Positions 12,381-24,741 of a stretch of 64,000 bases of DNA are shown piece by piece. The stretch is taken from positions 28,898,932 to 28,962,931 of the forward strand of contig OZ316892.1 of NCBI GenBank assembly GCA_973895155.1. The letters are read 5' to 3'. Within the stretch, counting starts at the first letter, position 1, and every line of letters begins with the position of its first letter. The stretch is from Marsupella aquatica. Lineage: Eukaryota; Plantae; Marchantiophyta. The notes under the pieces are model-generated. The model did not search any database and was not told the DNA's origin. It worked only from the letters and a program-made list of their open reading frames with translations. The position numbers and the translations under genes were made by a program.

Positions 12381-15300
12381 CGACAATCTTATTTGCTGTC
12401 ACATTTTAGTTTCCTGTGTAATATTATGAATCATCTCAGCAAAAATATAGGGTTTTGCTGCAATCCATCACAGTTGCAAAACTCAATCCAAGCATTTTTG
12501 CAAATGTGGAGGTCCAATGGTTCAGGGGAGCGCCTCCTGCGGGTCCCGAAGTTCAGGCATACGAGAATGTTTCGTATGAGGACTCCGCGTAACACGGAGC
12601 CTCCTCTGATAGCGTGATTTGTGGTTTAATCGTCTGTCATCCACTTCAACTCCTCACCCTTCTAAAAGTGTGAATGTAAGAACCTCTGCCTTTCAATTCA
12701 GCTTCTATCAAGGCTATTGGGTGCCTAGCTACAAGTCTTGGGCAAGAAATTCGATGATTTCTGCCTGAGTGGATCCTCCTCACTCAGGGATGGTACAGAT
12801 CCAGTTCAGCTCGTTCGGGTCCTAGCCTGCGACTCTGATCTATGAAGTCAATCTGTTACTCCACAGATCCGCATTCGACGCAGTTCTGGTACAAGTTACT
12901 GAATTGGTTGTTTGAAACTAGCTAGACAGTTCTAAGTCTACCAGCCAGAGGTGCCTCAGTGCGATATATTAACTAAGTGTCTCGACGGAGGCAGAGCCTT
13001 CAATGAGCACATTGAAGTCAAGCGGGTGCCAAAATTGCAGAAGCCACAAACTGAAGGACATCAAAAGAAGATTATGTTCACAGAAAGTGTAAAGGGTATG
13101 ATCATGATTGACTGAGGCCAATTTGCTAGAGCTAGGACATAATTCTCATAATTGTACACGCTAACTTGGTCTCTACGGGATACCTCAGGTGCTGAGATTA
13201 TATATATGTAGTTATACAAACGAGATCCCACGACACTGTCAGAAACTACGTTGTTTTTACCAATTGGGGTTGCCCTGTTGCTAAATCAAAGCTCTCGTCG
13301 GCGACAAGCTGACTGGTAAGGCTTTGCACAGATGTGCGTGGTAAGTGGAGAACGAAGCCGCCCCAAAGCTGAGCTGGAGTCCCAGCTGGAGTTAAAGTTG
13401 AGTCAGCCTCAGCCTCGCTAATAAATGAGAACTTGACGGATTCAAGCCTGAACGAACACGACTAACGCTGTGGAACTCAGATAGTAGACAACGTCTATCA
13501 TCCTCGAATGTACAGCGCCGTGGGGATGAAATTGAGACTTTTCATCGCAGGCTGACTGGAATGTCCATACTGTATTATGAGTGCGTGAGACCAAATCAAC
13601 ACGGAAAACTGTTCATGCGTTGAAGTGCCGAGACAATTCAACACCAGCCAGGACTGACAACTAATGGAATTCGATCCAAACCAACTGACATGATTGCGCG
13701 ACTCCTCGACTCCGATCAGGCCATCCTAGTGGACCCTACGGTCCGAATTGAGCTTGGTGAAGTTTGGTCATTTGTTGGACAACTGGCAAAGAGCTGAGGA
13801 CTCCACAAGCGCCAGAAAATTGGAAGAGGATAATTAATGCAGGCCGAGAAGGTAACAGAGACGTGGCGTAAAGCAATGTCGAACTGAATCTTTGTCGTGC
13901 TAGAGGATGCTTTACATTTCTGTGAGTCTGAGGGGTCAATTTCGTGTACACAGGAGCTGCCTGTTGATTCAGCGAAACTGCGAAGAGGTGAGGGGCAAAT
14001 GGATTATTGCCAGAAGCGTTTGACAATGCCCCATTTATTGGCCTGTTTCGTGGAAGCCATCCTGAACCCTACTGTGCAGAGCCAGGTGGATGGGATGTGT
14101 AGCTCATATCAGTGAAGGAACTGCAATGATCTACAGTAGTTTCGGAGGACTTTCTCACTACAAGTGACTAGCACATAGTGACATTCGCATGTACTGCCGT
14201 CTAATCTGAGGTTGACAACGGGGTAGACAAGAAAATGATGACGTTATTACTATATGTGGTTTTTCGAATCAGATCTTTTTATATACTCTGATACTCATGG
14301 TACATAACTTTTCAGAGGAACTGGGCCCTTTTGCTACGTTGAATGATCTGTTGGGTTTTCTTCACAGTACTCGATTACGTGCATAACATGTATAGAAGGC
14401 TCAATATGTCGATCTATTGATGATCCCTAGAAATAATTATATATTACAGTAAACGGCCTCTCCACAGCAAAGCTTTTGAGTCACTTATGTCTGCCCAAAT
14501 TTCGGGTCGTCTATTACAACAAGGAAAACCTAAAAACCTTTACTATCAACAAATTAATTATTTTGTTGGTATTATCTTGGGTTGTAAATTTTTAATTTTT
14601 TCGAAAAATACAGCAATTTGGTTTAACGTTAATGTTTCTAAGGTCGAGCTCTCCTAGGGGTCTTCCGAAATTTGCATTATTGACTTCTGAGCAGTATATA
14701 AAAGCTGTTCGTCAGACCTTACTCTTTCCAAATTACGGCAACAATGTAGTCTATCATAAGTGCAGACATACGGTCTGGGCTGAACATATCGTACGTGTCC
14801 TAATTTTTTTCTCTCAGATATATGAGCAATTCAATGGTACTGCCTAAAGTAGAACTTCATCATGGTGCATTTCCGACGAAGTGGTGTGCTTGAGTTTGAA
14901 AGACAAAAGTAGGCTCCCTGGCCAGAGAACAAGCTGCCACCAGATGGAGCATCATGCCTGGGCCATTCTAGCGAGTGGATCGAGTCAAAGCTCTGCTGTG
15001 CGATGATCAAATGAATTATAGCAATTGAACCTGTTAGCCGGAATACGGGTTCTTCATGGAACCTGAAGGCTGAAAAGTTCCTTTACAAGGAACGGAAAGA
15101 AGAGAAAGGGTGAGGGCTACCCGTTCCTCCCCTATTACTGTCAAAAACACATCGTGATGTAAATGAACCTTGTGAAGTACTCTAGCTTTTCTCCCGCAAC
15201 TCATTCTCTGGCACGATGCGTGTGCAGAGAATTTTTCCTCTAATCCTCGGTTGGCTGTGCCTAGGTCATACAGAGATCATAAATCATGAAAGTATGTAGT

Positions 15301-16100
15301 ACTAAATCGTCTTCAATAAAATCATGCCTTGGGGTCTACCCTGGTGCATGGGCTAATCAGCTAGTTAAAGCTAAACCACGATCACTGACCACTGTCCAAT
15401 TTGAAAACTTGGTCGATCCAGGTGACTGACCATAGTAAGTCAATTATGAAGGTTTTAACAAACTAAAATAGTGTCCAAAAAGTGACTTTTATGTTCTGAG
15501 TCACAACTTCTGGGAACTGGTGGTTAATTTAAGATCGAGCAGGGGTCTCGGATCTCAGGTGTGAACTTTCAAGATTTGAGCCCAGGTGAAGAAAAGTCAA
15601 TGAAACCTTTTGAGGGTGAGATTTAGTGGGGCCCGGGTGACCAGGATTGACACTAACATGTTCAATTGCCAGCTAAATCATGAGTCAAAGAACCTCACCT
15701 TACTGTTAGGCGAGATAAGATCGATGATCTAGGGACTATGACTAGGACCGGGGAGTTCACAGCCTTTACTGAATGCTTGGCTGGTTCATAGTCAACAAGA
15801 GCTGCCGGTGACTTTAGAAGAGATCAATTGTGCTCTGGGAAAATTACCCAAAATGTGTTCCCAAGGAGTTTAATATGACGCCTTCGTGTGACCAATCGGA
15901 TGTAAATCATCAAGACATGCATCATGTATATATATAGCAGTCTAAGTGCATTCAGTGATACTGTGTCTTTCATCAGCCACTGAGAGTGATAGATCTCGTA
16001 GACTGGATATATTGAGAGGGTAGTCACAGCTTCTGCTACTGAGAATTGGAGTCGTCGGTATTCCAATCGATTCACGTGGTTGAGCAAGGTCTTCTGATTT

Positions 16101-16928
16101 ATGACGATGAAGCTCTTCATCTTCGCCTGGGCTCTCGCCCTAGTAGTAATCGTGCAAGCCCAGTCCAACCCCTGGCAAGCACGGCACGGTTTGACATCCG
16201 CCCAATACCAGAGTACATTCGACAGCCTAGTCGCACAAGGCTATCGTCTCAACTATGTCAGTGGGTACACCTTCAACAACGATCCCCGATTTGCTGCTAT
16301 CTGGGAGAAGAAGCCGTCAGTCCCGTGGGTAGCTCGTCATGGCATGACCTCCGCACAATACCAACAAAACTTCGACACATACCAATCTCAAGGGTATCGC
16401 ATTGTTCTTGTCAATGGATACACTGTCAATGGCCTGGATTATTATGTCGCCATTTGGGATCAATCCCCAGCGGGAGCTTGGGTTGCGAGGCACGGCATGA
16501 CATCGTCTGACTACCAGACTGCTTTCAACACCTACGTAAGCCAGGGATACAGATTGAAACACGTCAGTGGCTATGCCATAGGAAACTCTGCGCGCTATGC
16601 TGCAATCTGGGAGCAGACCAACGATGGAATCGCATGGGTCGCCAGGCACGGAATGACATCCTCTGATTACCAGACTGCGTTCAACACCTATGTGGGCCAA
16701 GGATACAGACTCGTCCTTGTCAACGGCTACCAAGTGAACAATGTCGACTACTACGCTGCAATATGGGACCGATCTTCCTCGGGTCCGTGGGTTGCAAGAC
16801 ACGGCATGACATCCTCAGACTACCAGACTGAGTTCAACACCGATGTAAGTCAGGGATACATGCTCAAGATGGTCAGCGGCTACGATCTCGGGCAAAGCGA
16901 CCTCTATGCTGCGCTTTGGGCCAAATAG
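16101..16928 (+). CDS. Intronless secreted protein of five polyglycine-hydrolase-like structural repeats (BTRD1-type, recalled as Pfam PF17660), 275 aa
   Basis: Signal-peptide-like N-terminus MKLFIFAWALALVVIVQA followed by five ~50-aa repeats W.ARHG[LM]TS..YQ..F....QGY.L..V[SN]GY.......[YF].A[IL]W. There is no catalytic domain, and the ORF is intact. Confidence 0.9.
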   Translation: MTMKLFIFAWALALVVIVQAQSNPWQARHGLTSAQYQSTFDSLVAQGYRLNYVSGYTFNNDPRFAAIWEKKPSVPWVARHGMTSAQYQQNFDTYQSQGYRIVLVNGYTVNGLDYYVAIWDQSPAGAWVARHGMTSSDYQTAFNTYVSQGYRLKHVSGYAIGNSARYAAIWEQTNDGIAWVARHGMTSSDYQTAFNTYVGQGYRLVLVNGYQVNNVDYYAAIWDRSSSGPWVARHGMTSSDYQTEFNTDVSQGYMLKMVSGYDLGQSDLYAALWAK

Positions 16929-18344
16929 CAAACGAACTACTTGTACTGCCCTCTATGGAGACGTCCATTACTTTGAAGGCTGGGCGTTGAGCATTTTCAC
17001 CTAGCGGACTGATGGCTCCTGTATCGGGTTTGGAGTCGTGATTCATTGCAATGCAGTCGGGAATGACGGTAGTTGAGTTCTGCGGTAACTACGTGTTCGA
17101 TAAGATGATCTCTAAGGAGAGCAACTGGCAGCGTAATACTTAAGGTCTGCCTTGAGTTTAGATTAAAGGGACTTCGGAGTCCGAAGTAGTGTGGAGCATG
17201 CCGAACGCATGCGTAGTACGAAAGGTTAGGTGTTTGGATTGGATTTGCATAGCGTGAGATAGAATACAGTATAGCATAAAATTGAATGCTCGAGGTGTAG
17301 TCAGGAGTATAAGAATGTGGCGTTCAAACTTTCACTTCTCCGCGTTGAATGAAATGGTTATTACTACCCAGAATCTGCATACCCTGTCGGCGGCTCTTAA
17401 TGTTGAATGACCTGTTATCTGCAAGCATAATATGCACACCTTTGCCGTAATCGTTCAGGCAATTCTTTTGTCGTGTTGAGCGTACAGTTTATCTTTGTCT
17501 TCATCTTCCTTGTCTTTTCTTTTTTGTATTGGTATGGCAACCGTCTGTTTCGGCTGTGTGATGCCCCGTCGGTTCCTATTCCCAACTGGCTAGACTGTGT
17601 ACTTTAATTGGATAGAGCAATGCTCCAAATCACTAGACTCGACTCAATGCAGGGAAGTGTCGCAATACAAAACCCTCAACCTGGTTCTCTAATCCATGAT
17701 CCGTAATATATCGTAGTTAGCGCGGCAAGTCCAATTTGACGATTATGACGAGCTTCAAGTATGAATCGTGGATCGATCTCACGTGAAATAAAACACTGAT
17801 TAGTGAACCCTGTCATTTTTAGTTCAAAGCAGTTACAACTTTCAAAAGCCTCAACGAACAACGAACGGTGGTCTGATCGAGTGACTTGCTGCTTGAGCAA
17901 CTCATTTCAAAATTCAAAATTAAGCCCCGTGAAGTAACTGAAGGAAGGTAATCGTAGAGGACTTGATATTGTAGCTAGTAGAGAGCCAGTCAGCTGAAGG
18001 TCGTTGATTCCTACCTCACCAGTTGAATTGCTGAACACGTTCGCAATCGACGCATGCCCGGTGCGCCAAAGTTACTTATTGAGTCCATCTAGACACAAGC
18101 CTACCAGCCATTAAGAGGTTCTGTTCCACTGTATCTGTTTTGACGGAGGCCGTGTTCATTTCTATCGAAACGATTCGCCTCACGTCTTCACCTTTTCGTA
18201 GTACGAAATTGTAACATCTCGATCGTGGCTAATGTACTAAATTTTCTTTGGGTGTGCCGATTTTCTGGTTCTGCAGATTGAAGAATTATTTTATTCACTC
18301 CGCCCCAAGAAGTAACACACCAACACATTTCTGATTGGTAAGTA

Positions 18345-20332
18345 ATGGAGGCTCGTAAGATCGATCCAATGGATCGTCCTATAAGCTTCGACGCACGAGC
18401 AGAGATATTTGCTATGAAGCAGGATATGGACCTCGAGAGAATGGATTCAGCTGAACGTGCAAAGATATTTTCTCAAAACGAGGCCTTCCTTAAGTCTTTC
18501 TATCGCTCCTGTGAGCCCGAGACGACGCAAAACTTTAAGTTCATCGAGGTTTATCGCCCTTGCACCGTCAAGATTTCGGGGACACTAGGCTTGGGGTTGT
18601 TCCTGAACGAACGTGCTGTGCCGGGCCAGCTTTTGATCGTCGATAACGCGAAGGCTGCCTGCTCATGCATTGCCCCCCAACATACACCCTACAACCCAGG
18701 CTCATACGTCCATGCTCCGGATGCCGTCTTGATACCGCAGCCTCCTCGAATTCCTGCGAAAGTTCACAAGCATCTGACAGACTTGCTAACGCAGTATTGG
18801 GCCAAGTCCGACTCTACGGACAGAATACAAGTACGTTTTACAACCTCTTTTGCTTGAATGTCTTATCTAGATTGTTTCACTTACATCAATCATTATCGCG
18901 ATCAACCTGTTCTGAGTTTTAGTCGATTGAGGTGCCTACTACATCAGAATCCTGGAGACTCTGTGTCGTTCGTGTCGGACAAAAGGAACGTAAATGATAG
19001 TAGTCCTAGCTAGTACTCAATCATCACGAATTGAGCCTGTGCTTTCAGTAAACTGGCTGAAACATGCAATGATTAGAGGCTCTGCGATCGAGTGTGTGTC
19101 AAAGACATCTGGGAATCCTCAAATTGTATGTAGCTTGAACTTGAATCGGCAACGCCACATTGTGAGCTAACATGTTGCTAGTGCTCTAGCTTCCAGGTTT
19201 TTAATCTTGATTCACTCCATTGCGCCGATGGTAATATGGACTCCCCCCATCCTTTGTGGGACGTCGTCGGCAAGAATGCTATGTACGATAAGGTGAGGAG
19301 CTTGAGTCAGGACGAACCAAGGCGCGTAGAAACTTATGAGCTGTGGGGAGTGTGGCTGCTGCCGTCCTACATAAATCACTCATGCGCGCCCAATTGCCAT
19401 CGAATGAGAGTTGGGGAGGCGATGATTATTCGCGCAGCAACAGAAATAGCAGCGGGAGACGAGCTCACTCTGCCCTACTTCGACATATTTGAGCCTCATA
19501 TTATCCGTGACATGAACTGCCAGATGTTTGGTTTTAGGTACCAAATGTGAATCATGCAGTGAACATACGTACATAGAGAAATTGTTCTCATGAAATTAGA
19601 TGAAAATGCGGATCGATGACAGTTATGGCAGTCGTGGACTAAGCTGCTGCATTTCTTGGATGATCTTTTAGGTGTGATTGTCCCCGATGCACATTCGAGC
19701 GGTTACTCGGGGCAAGCTACAGGGACATTGAGATGCAGATCATACAACTTAAAATTGAGATGTTTACCGAGTGGAAATTGAATCATGTAACGTGTGGTCA
19801 GGCGCGCTATGGTGAGAAAGTCAAGCTCCTACTTAACCAACTGAGAAACCTGGTGGATCCTACTGACGACATGATTGACGACATTCTGCATGAGTCCCAA
19901 GATTGCATAGAGGCATACTGGATTAAGGCATCATTCATAGAAGCTTACATTGGAACCTATGCTGCTACTGCTACCTGCTCTTTGAACGATTTGGACGAAG
20001 ATCCCTTGGATGAGATTCCCGTAAGTCCGACTAGCCACATCCAGTCAGTGGAAAATCTTAGAAGCCAATTGTTGATTGACGATGTTGAAGACATCCTGGA
20101 GATTATTAACGAAGTTCATCCAGGAAATATCCTGGGCCAGGAGTTCTACTCCGTCTTGCTCAAAACTTTTAGTCGATTAGCTGTGGAAAGATTCGAAACC
20201 GTGGCGGAAAGTGTTGCTGAATATGAAATCCATAAGCAAAGCAGTGAAGCAAATGCCATGCGGTTCTATTCAAGTTACTATGGATATCCAGGCGCTGAAA
20301 TCCTGAAGTTGCTGCTTGCAACGGAGTCTTAG
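18345..20332 (+). CDS. SET-domain lysine methyltransferase (SMYD/ATXR1-like), exons 18345-18830, 19197-19537, 19672-20332, ~495 aa
   Basis: Split SET domain: GLGLFLNERAVPGQLLIV...GVWLLPSYINHSCAPN...IAAGDELTLPYFD, with post-SET FR|CDCPRC across a GT-AG junction. The exons join in frame (1488 nt). Confidence 0.85.
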
Positions 20333-21320
20333 ACCACACTTCTTTACGGCTAATCGGGCGACTAATTATGAATAGATCTTTGTTCATTATGTGGCGCTAG
20401 ACAATCTTGCCTATTGCGCGTAATGTAAACTGTCATACTTTGATAGCGCTCCGGCTGGAAGAGTATCTGTCACTCGAGCTTTCTGTCTCCTTAGGCAGTG
20501 CCCGTCTGGAAACCTCTGCAGATGATAAGCATCACATACGTAGGACGACTTTGTCCGGAGGAATGTACTGTCTTGAGCTCAATACGATCAGCATATCAAT
20601 CCAACATTTCATATTTAATTGCTTTCTCTCTTGTTGACTAGATCATATCGATCTTTGATAATTTCGATAGAAGTACCAAATCCCTACTGTCTGCATCATC
20701 AAACTGATTTCATTTGACATTCGCAAGAAATGCTGTGGCCTATCACTGGTATCGCAGTGACAGGAGGGACAATTGTTTGACTCGGCATACCAAATAGCTA
20801 AACTCCTTGGTGCTCCTGGGTAAGGTACTGCGTGTTCAAGTTTGTTTGCTTTGTCCGCCCGCGGGAAATACTGCGTATTCAAGGATTAGGTTCAAATTTC
20901 AACAGCCACAGCGTAGAGGAACTGTAAGTTGTAGTTACAGTTCATAAGTTCCTAGTTACAGTGCTAGCTACGAGGGATCCATTTCAGCTGAAGGCCGTTG
21001 CGATCCCAGCCTGCAAGTCGAATTTATGAACCGCGTACGTTAAAAGTGTCGCTCGCATTTGACCATCAATGGGATGAGGGACTGTTCAAGTCTAGATAAA
21101 CGTCTACCTCTAGACCTGACTCGGTATCGGTGATCAATTGTTTTGATGGAGGCTGCCGCAGTCGCATCAAGATTATATGATCATGAATGGGCCTCAGTCA
21201 GGACCAACAAGCAATCCTTGCCATGATAGACCCGTTACTTGTAGGCTCATAAACGTTTGCAGGCAAAGTCCGCCATCGTCGTGAACGTATCGGCAAGGAC
21301 AGGAACTTAGGGGTGCTTCG

Positions 21321-21414
21321 ATGCTTGGTGTGGCCCAGCGCACTTCCAACCTTGAGACGTCTTAATGTTGGAAGACGTCTTAAAGTTGAAAGTGGGCTGG
21401 GGCACACCAAGCAT
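21321..21414. repeat. 43-bp inverted repeat with 8-nt loop (hairpin; candidate MIRNA or tiny foldback)
   Basis: atgcttggtgtggcccagcgcacttccaaccttgagacgtctt / aagacgtcttaaagttgaaagtgggctggggcacaccaagcat, 38/43 complementary. Confidence 0.85.
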
Positions 21415-22472
21415 TACTGTTGTCAAGCTCTTCAGATGACAAAGACAGTGATTCACTCGAAGAGAAAGAGATCCGATTCAAAGCTGTGGGGAGATTTGCA
21501 GCACTAGCTCTCCGATGGAAGAGAGAGATCTGGCTCTCGTGTTCTCGACAAGTCTAGTTTGTTGCTGACTAATTGGACACTGCCCAAGCCGAAACCCTGG
21601 TGGACACTACATGCATAATAATAATAATAACTTATTTATAAAATGCCAAGTACAAGGCTTCTAGAGTGACGACTCTAATTTATAAAATGCGAGTGAGGCC
21701 TAGGCTTCTAGAGTTAGTACTCTAATTTATAAAATGCTTATAAAATGCCAAGGACAAGGCTTCTAGAGTGAGGCCTAGGCTTCTAGAGTGAGGACTCTAA
21801 TTTATAAAATTTAACTACATGTGGATGATGGAATGATAAATGTCAAATGATAATCATACATAATTTTTATTTATATTAAAAAATGCACTCTATAGTCGCA
21901 CCATAATATGGGTACATAGAAGAATATGATATGGTATTTATGATTATTAAAATGATGACATGCATGGTAGTTTGTTTTTTTATTTCATTAACTTTCAAAA
22001 ATTGTAAATAAAAAATATATTTTGGTGGTATTTTTATTATACTCCCAACTATTCATGTTCAAGAAAGGGTAGTAGGAAGTGAAACGAAGGGGGACACTAT
22101 TTTTGGCGGAGCTTTAGCCGTTGGCATTTTTGCCCAGTTTTATGTTATTTTACGTTTTGCTTAGTAAAAGTGAGACGTAAGTGAGAGATGTGGTGGTTTT
22201 TTCGCGTCTGACAGTTTCAAATTTTTGAAATAAGGCGGGGGGTGTTCTTTCTTTCCGCAGTTTGATTTCCTCATTTTTGAGAGGTTCTCTAGTCCATTAT
22301 GAAATAGGATTAGTTGTTTGGGAGCTATAGACTGTGGTTCTTAAACTGTAGTTACCTTCCGCTGCTCCAGCCTCTTCGCACAACTTTTATAGAATTTTCT
22401 TTCAGTTTTTAGGCCTTGGGCTTTGCTTTCTATGTACACTCTATGAAGAGAGGTCTATTCAGATTTTGAATT

Positions 22473-24736
22473 ATGGATCCACCTAGTCATAACTACTGGG
22501 CAACTTCCTTTCGGTACAAAATTATTCACTTTTTTAATATTGAATCAAGTTTGAAGATATTTGTTTCGAATTCATTCTTTTTTTACTCGCATGGTTTTTT
22601 GGCATTTTTATCGGAAGAGGATAATCAAAGACGAAGGGTGCCACAACAACAGTGTTTCAATTCAAGAGCAGTTCAGGGTGCAAGGAGTGTGGGAAGCATC
22701 GAGAAGATTTCAGCAGACGCCCGGCGAACAAAGTATTTCGAGCTGATTTTCGACCGGAGTATCCGTATCATAATAGGGCCACGGGTCATTTGGAAGATCA
22801 TCCAGTTGAGGATTTGAGTCAGCAGGACCTTATGAAGGCTTCTTTGGCTCCTGGGGTGTTGGAGTTACTTAAGTTACATTTCTATCAAGATAAAGCGGTG
22901 CTGTGTTTTGAAGGGGTGGTTAATATCAAGCAGGCCGAATTTTGGATAGAGCTTTACAATCTCCAACATTCACATCAGATTGATATTTTTGAACCATTGT
23001 CAAATGCGCTGTATGTGGTGACGGTGGTGGATGATAATCCTGGGCAAATAGTGACGGCATTAATTCTTTCCTCCCCTCTCATTTTGGCTGAGCACAAGAA
23101 AGACAGAGCCGATCAGGCAAATATATCGGTTAAGCCTCTTCATATAGAAGATAGACAAGTTTCGGTTAACGCCTATGTCCCGGACTTTGATCCAGAAAAG
23201 CCCATTGAGTTCAAGCATTTGGTAACAATTCACATAGGAAAGGCGAACCACCTCCTTTTCCTTGTTCTTGACTCCCTTTTTCATAAACTAGGGATAGTTA
23301 AGCGCAGATTTATGTGTCAAGGTGTTGATAATCACAAGATTATTCTTCTTCTCGAAACCACTATCCGTCAATTGACACCATTCATTCGGTTTCGACTCAG
23401 TGATACACAAGTGCATAGGATTGATTTTGAGATTATTGATAAACAACCTTGGTGTTGTTTCTGTTTTTCTCCTACTCATCGTTCGGTGAAGTGTTTTACT
23501 GGCAACGGTGGGGTGGTCAAAAATAAGCAGCAGCTCCACAGTGAGTCTTCATTGTGGTCTAATGCTCGTAGCTTAGCCAGTGGAAAAGGGCCCCTGAAGG
23601 TGGTAGAGAGCAGCAGACTGGATTTTCAACAAGTGGATAGACCTGGTGATAGTGGTACGGAGCTTGACTACTACACAGAGAAAGCGCAACAGCTTATCCC
23701 TAATTCTGGACGGTGGAATCAAGCAGGATTGATTTCAACTGGTCATTTGTCTGGTAATCAGTCGTTGCCTAAGGAGTCAAAAAATATTGATCCTGCAGAG
23801 GCGATTACCTTGGCCATCAAGCAGATATCCTGTCTACATCCAGTGTACCTCAACAAGAAGAGAGACAGGATCGAAAGAGAAAAAGGTCAAACGACATTAG
23901 GGGAGTCATCTCTTCCTGCAACAGCAGTTCAGACTCTTTCTCCAGACGTAGTGGCTTCTCTTTGCTCTCCGGTTCAAATTTCTAGCTATTGTCCAATCAC
24001 ATTGATTGAGGAGGAGATTGTATCACAGAAAGATATCTGCAAACAACAATTGGTGGATATACAACAGTGGAATCAATTACAGCAAGAAGAGATAGATCAA
24101 AGAAAAGCACACTTACATCTCGAAGAGTTGTCTAAACAGAGAGTTCTTAAAGCTAAGAGTGATCAAGAACTTCTCATCGGAAAGTCTCATAAGTGTCGGG
24201 TCAGTGAGTTGCCAGTGGAGCAGAAGAAGGGTGTTAGTGCCGAGCAGACTCCAGTACCATTGATTCCAACCGACCTCCTGATCTCTCCTACGATTTGTAT
24301 GATCCCTGGCGGTCTGGAAAGTAAAGCAGATCTATTCGCAAATTATTCTATTCCCCATCTTTTGTAGTGGCAAATTGATATTGCAGATCGGCTACAGTTC
24401 TTATCTGATCCTCTGAGTCAAGGTTCATTAGCTGCTGCTTCTGAACAGGTCTTGCAGGCAAACCCAATCGTTCTTCTCACACCTTCGATCGTAGGGAGTC
24501 AAGACCTGGGAGATAAGGATTCCTTCCCTAAAAAGAAACGCAAAAGTGGTATCAAGATTCTGGATCCTGCTGACCCTTCTCTTCAAGCTCGTCGAGATTT
24601 GTTTAAGAGTAGTCCTATCAAGAAGGTGTTGAACGTGCCCTTTGTGACAGGTATCAATAAGGAGGTTCTTAAAGTCTGGGATTCTCAAAAGATATCCCCA
24701 GCTAAGAAGACTAAGAGCTGCCCTCATTCTAGTTGA
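22473..24736 (+). pseudogene. LINE ORF1 (gag-like, CCHC zinc knuckle), interrupted
   Basis: The 571-aa ORF contains C-x2-C-x4-H-x4-C (CCFCFSPTHRSVKC). A single in-frame TAG at 24365-24367 is followed by in-frame continuation to 24736. The 5' end appears frameshifted. Confidence 0.7.
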
Positions 24737-24741
24737 GCTAG

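Noticed and set aside
13500-14115. Possible LINE 3' (zinc-finger) relic
   Set aside because: Only a lone CPYC-like hint, insufficient to support a call.
16046-16802. Alternative-frame and antisense ORFs over the repeat-protein gene
   Set aside because: Shadows of the 275-aa repeat ORF, with no independent motifs.
16101-16928. Treating the window or this gene as bacterial contamination
   Set aside because: There is no operon context or neighbouring prokaryotic genes, and the flanks are continuous with spliced plant genes and plant TEs. Read-level confirmation is still advisable.
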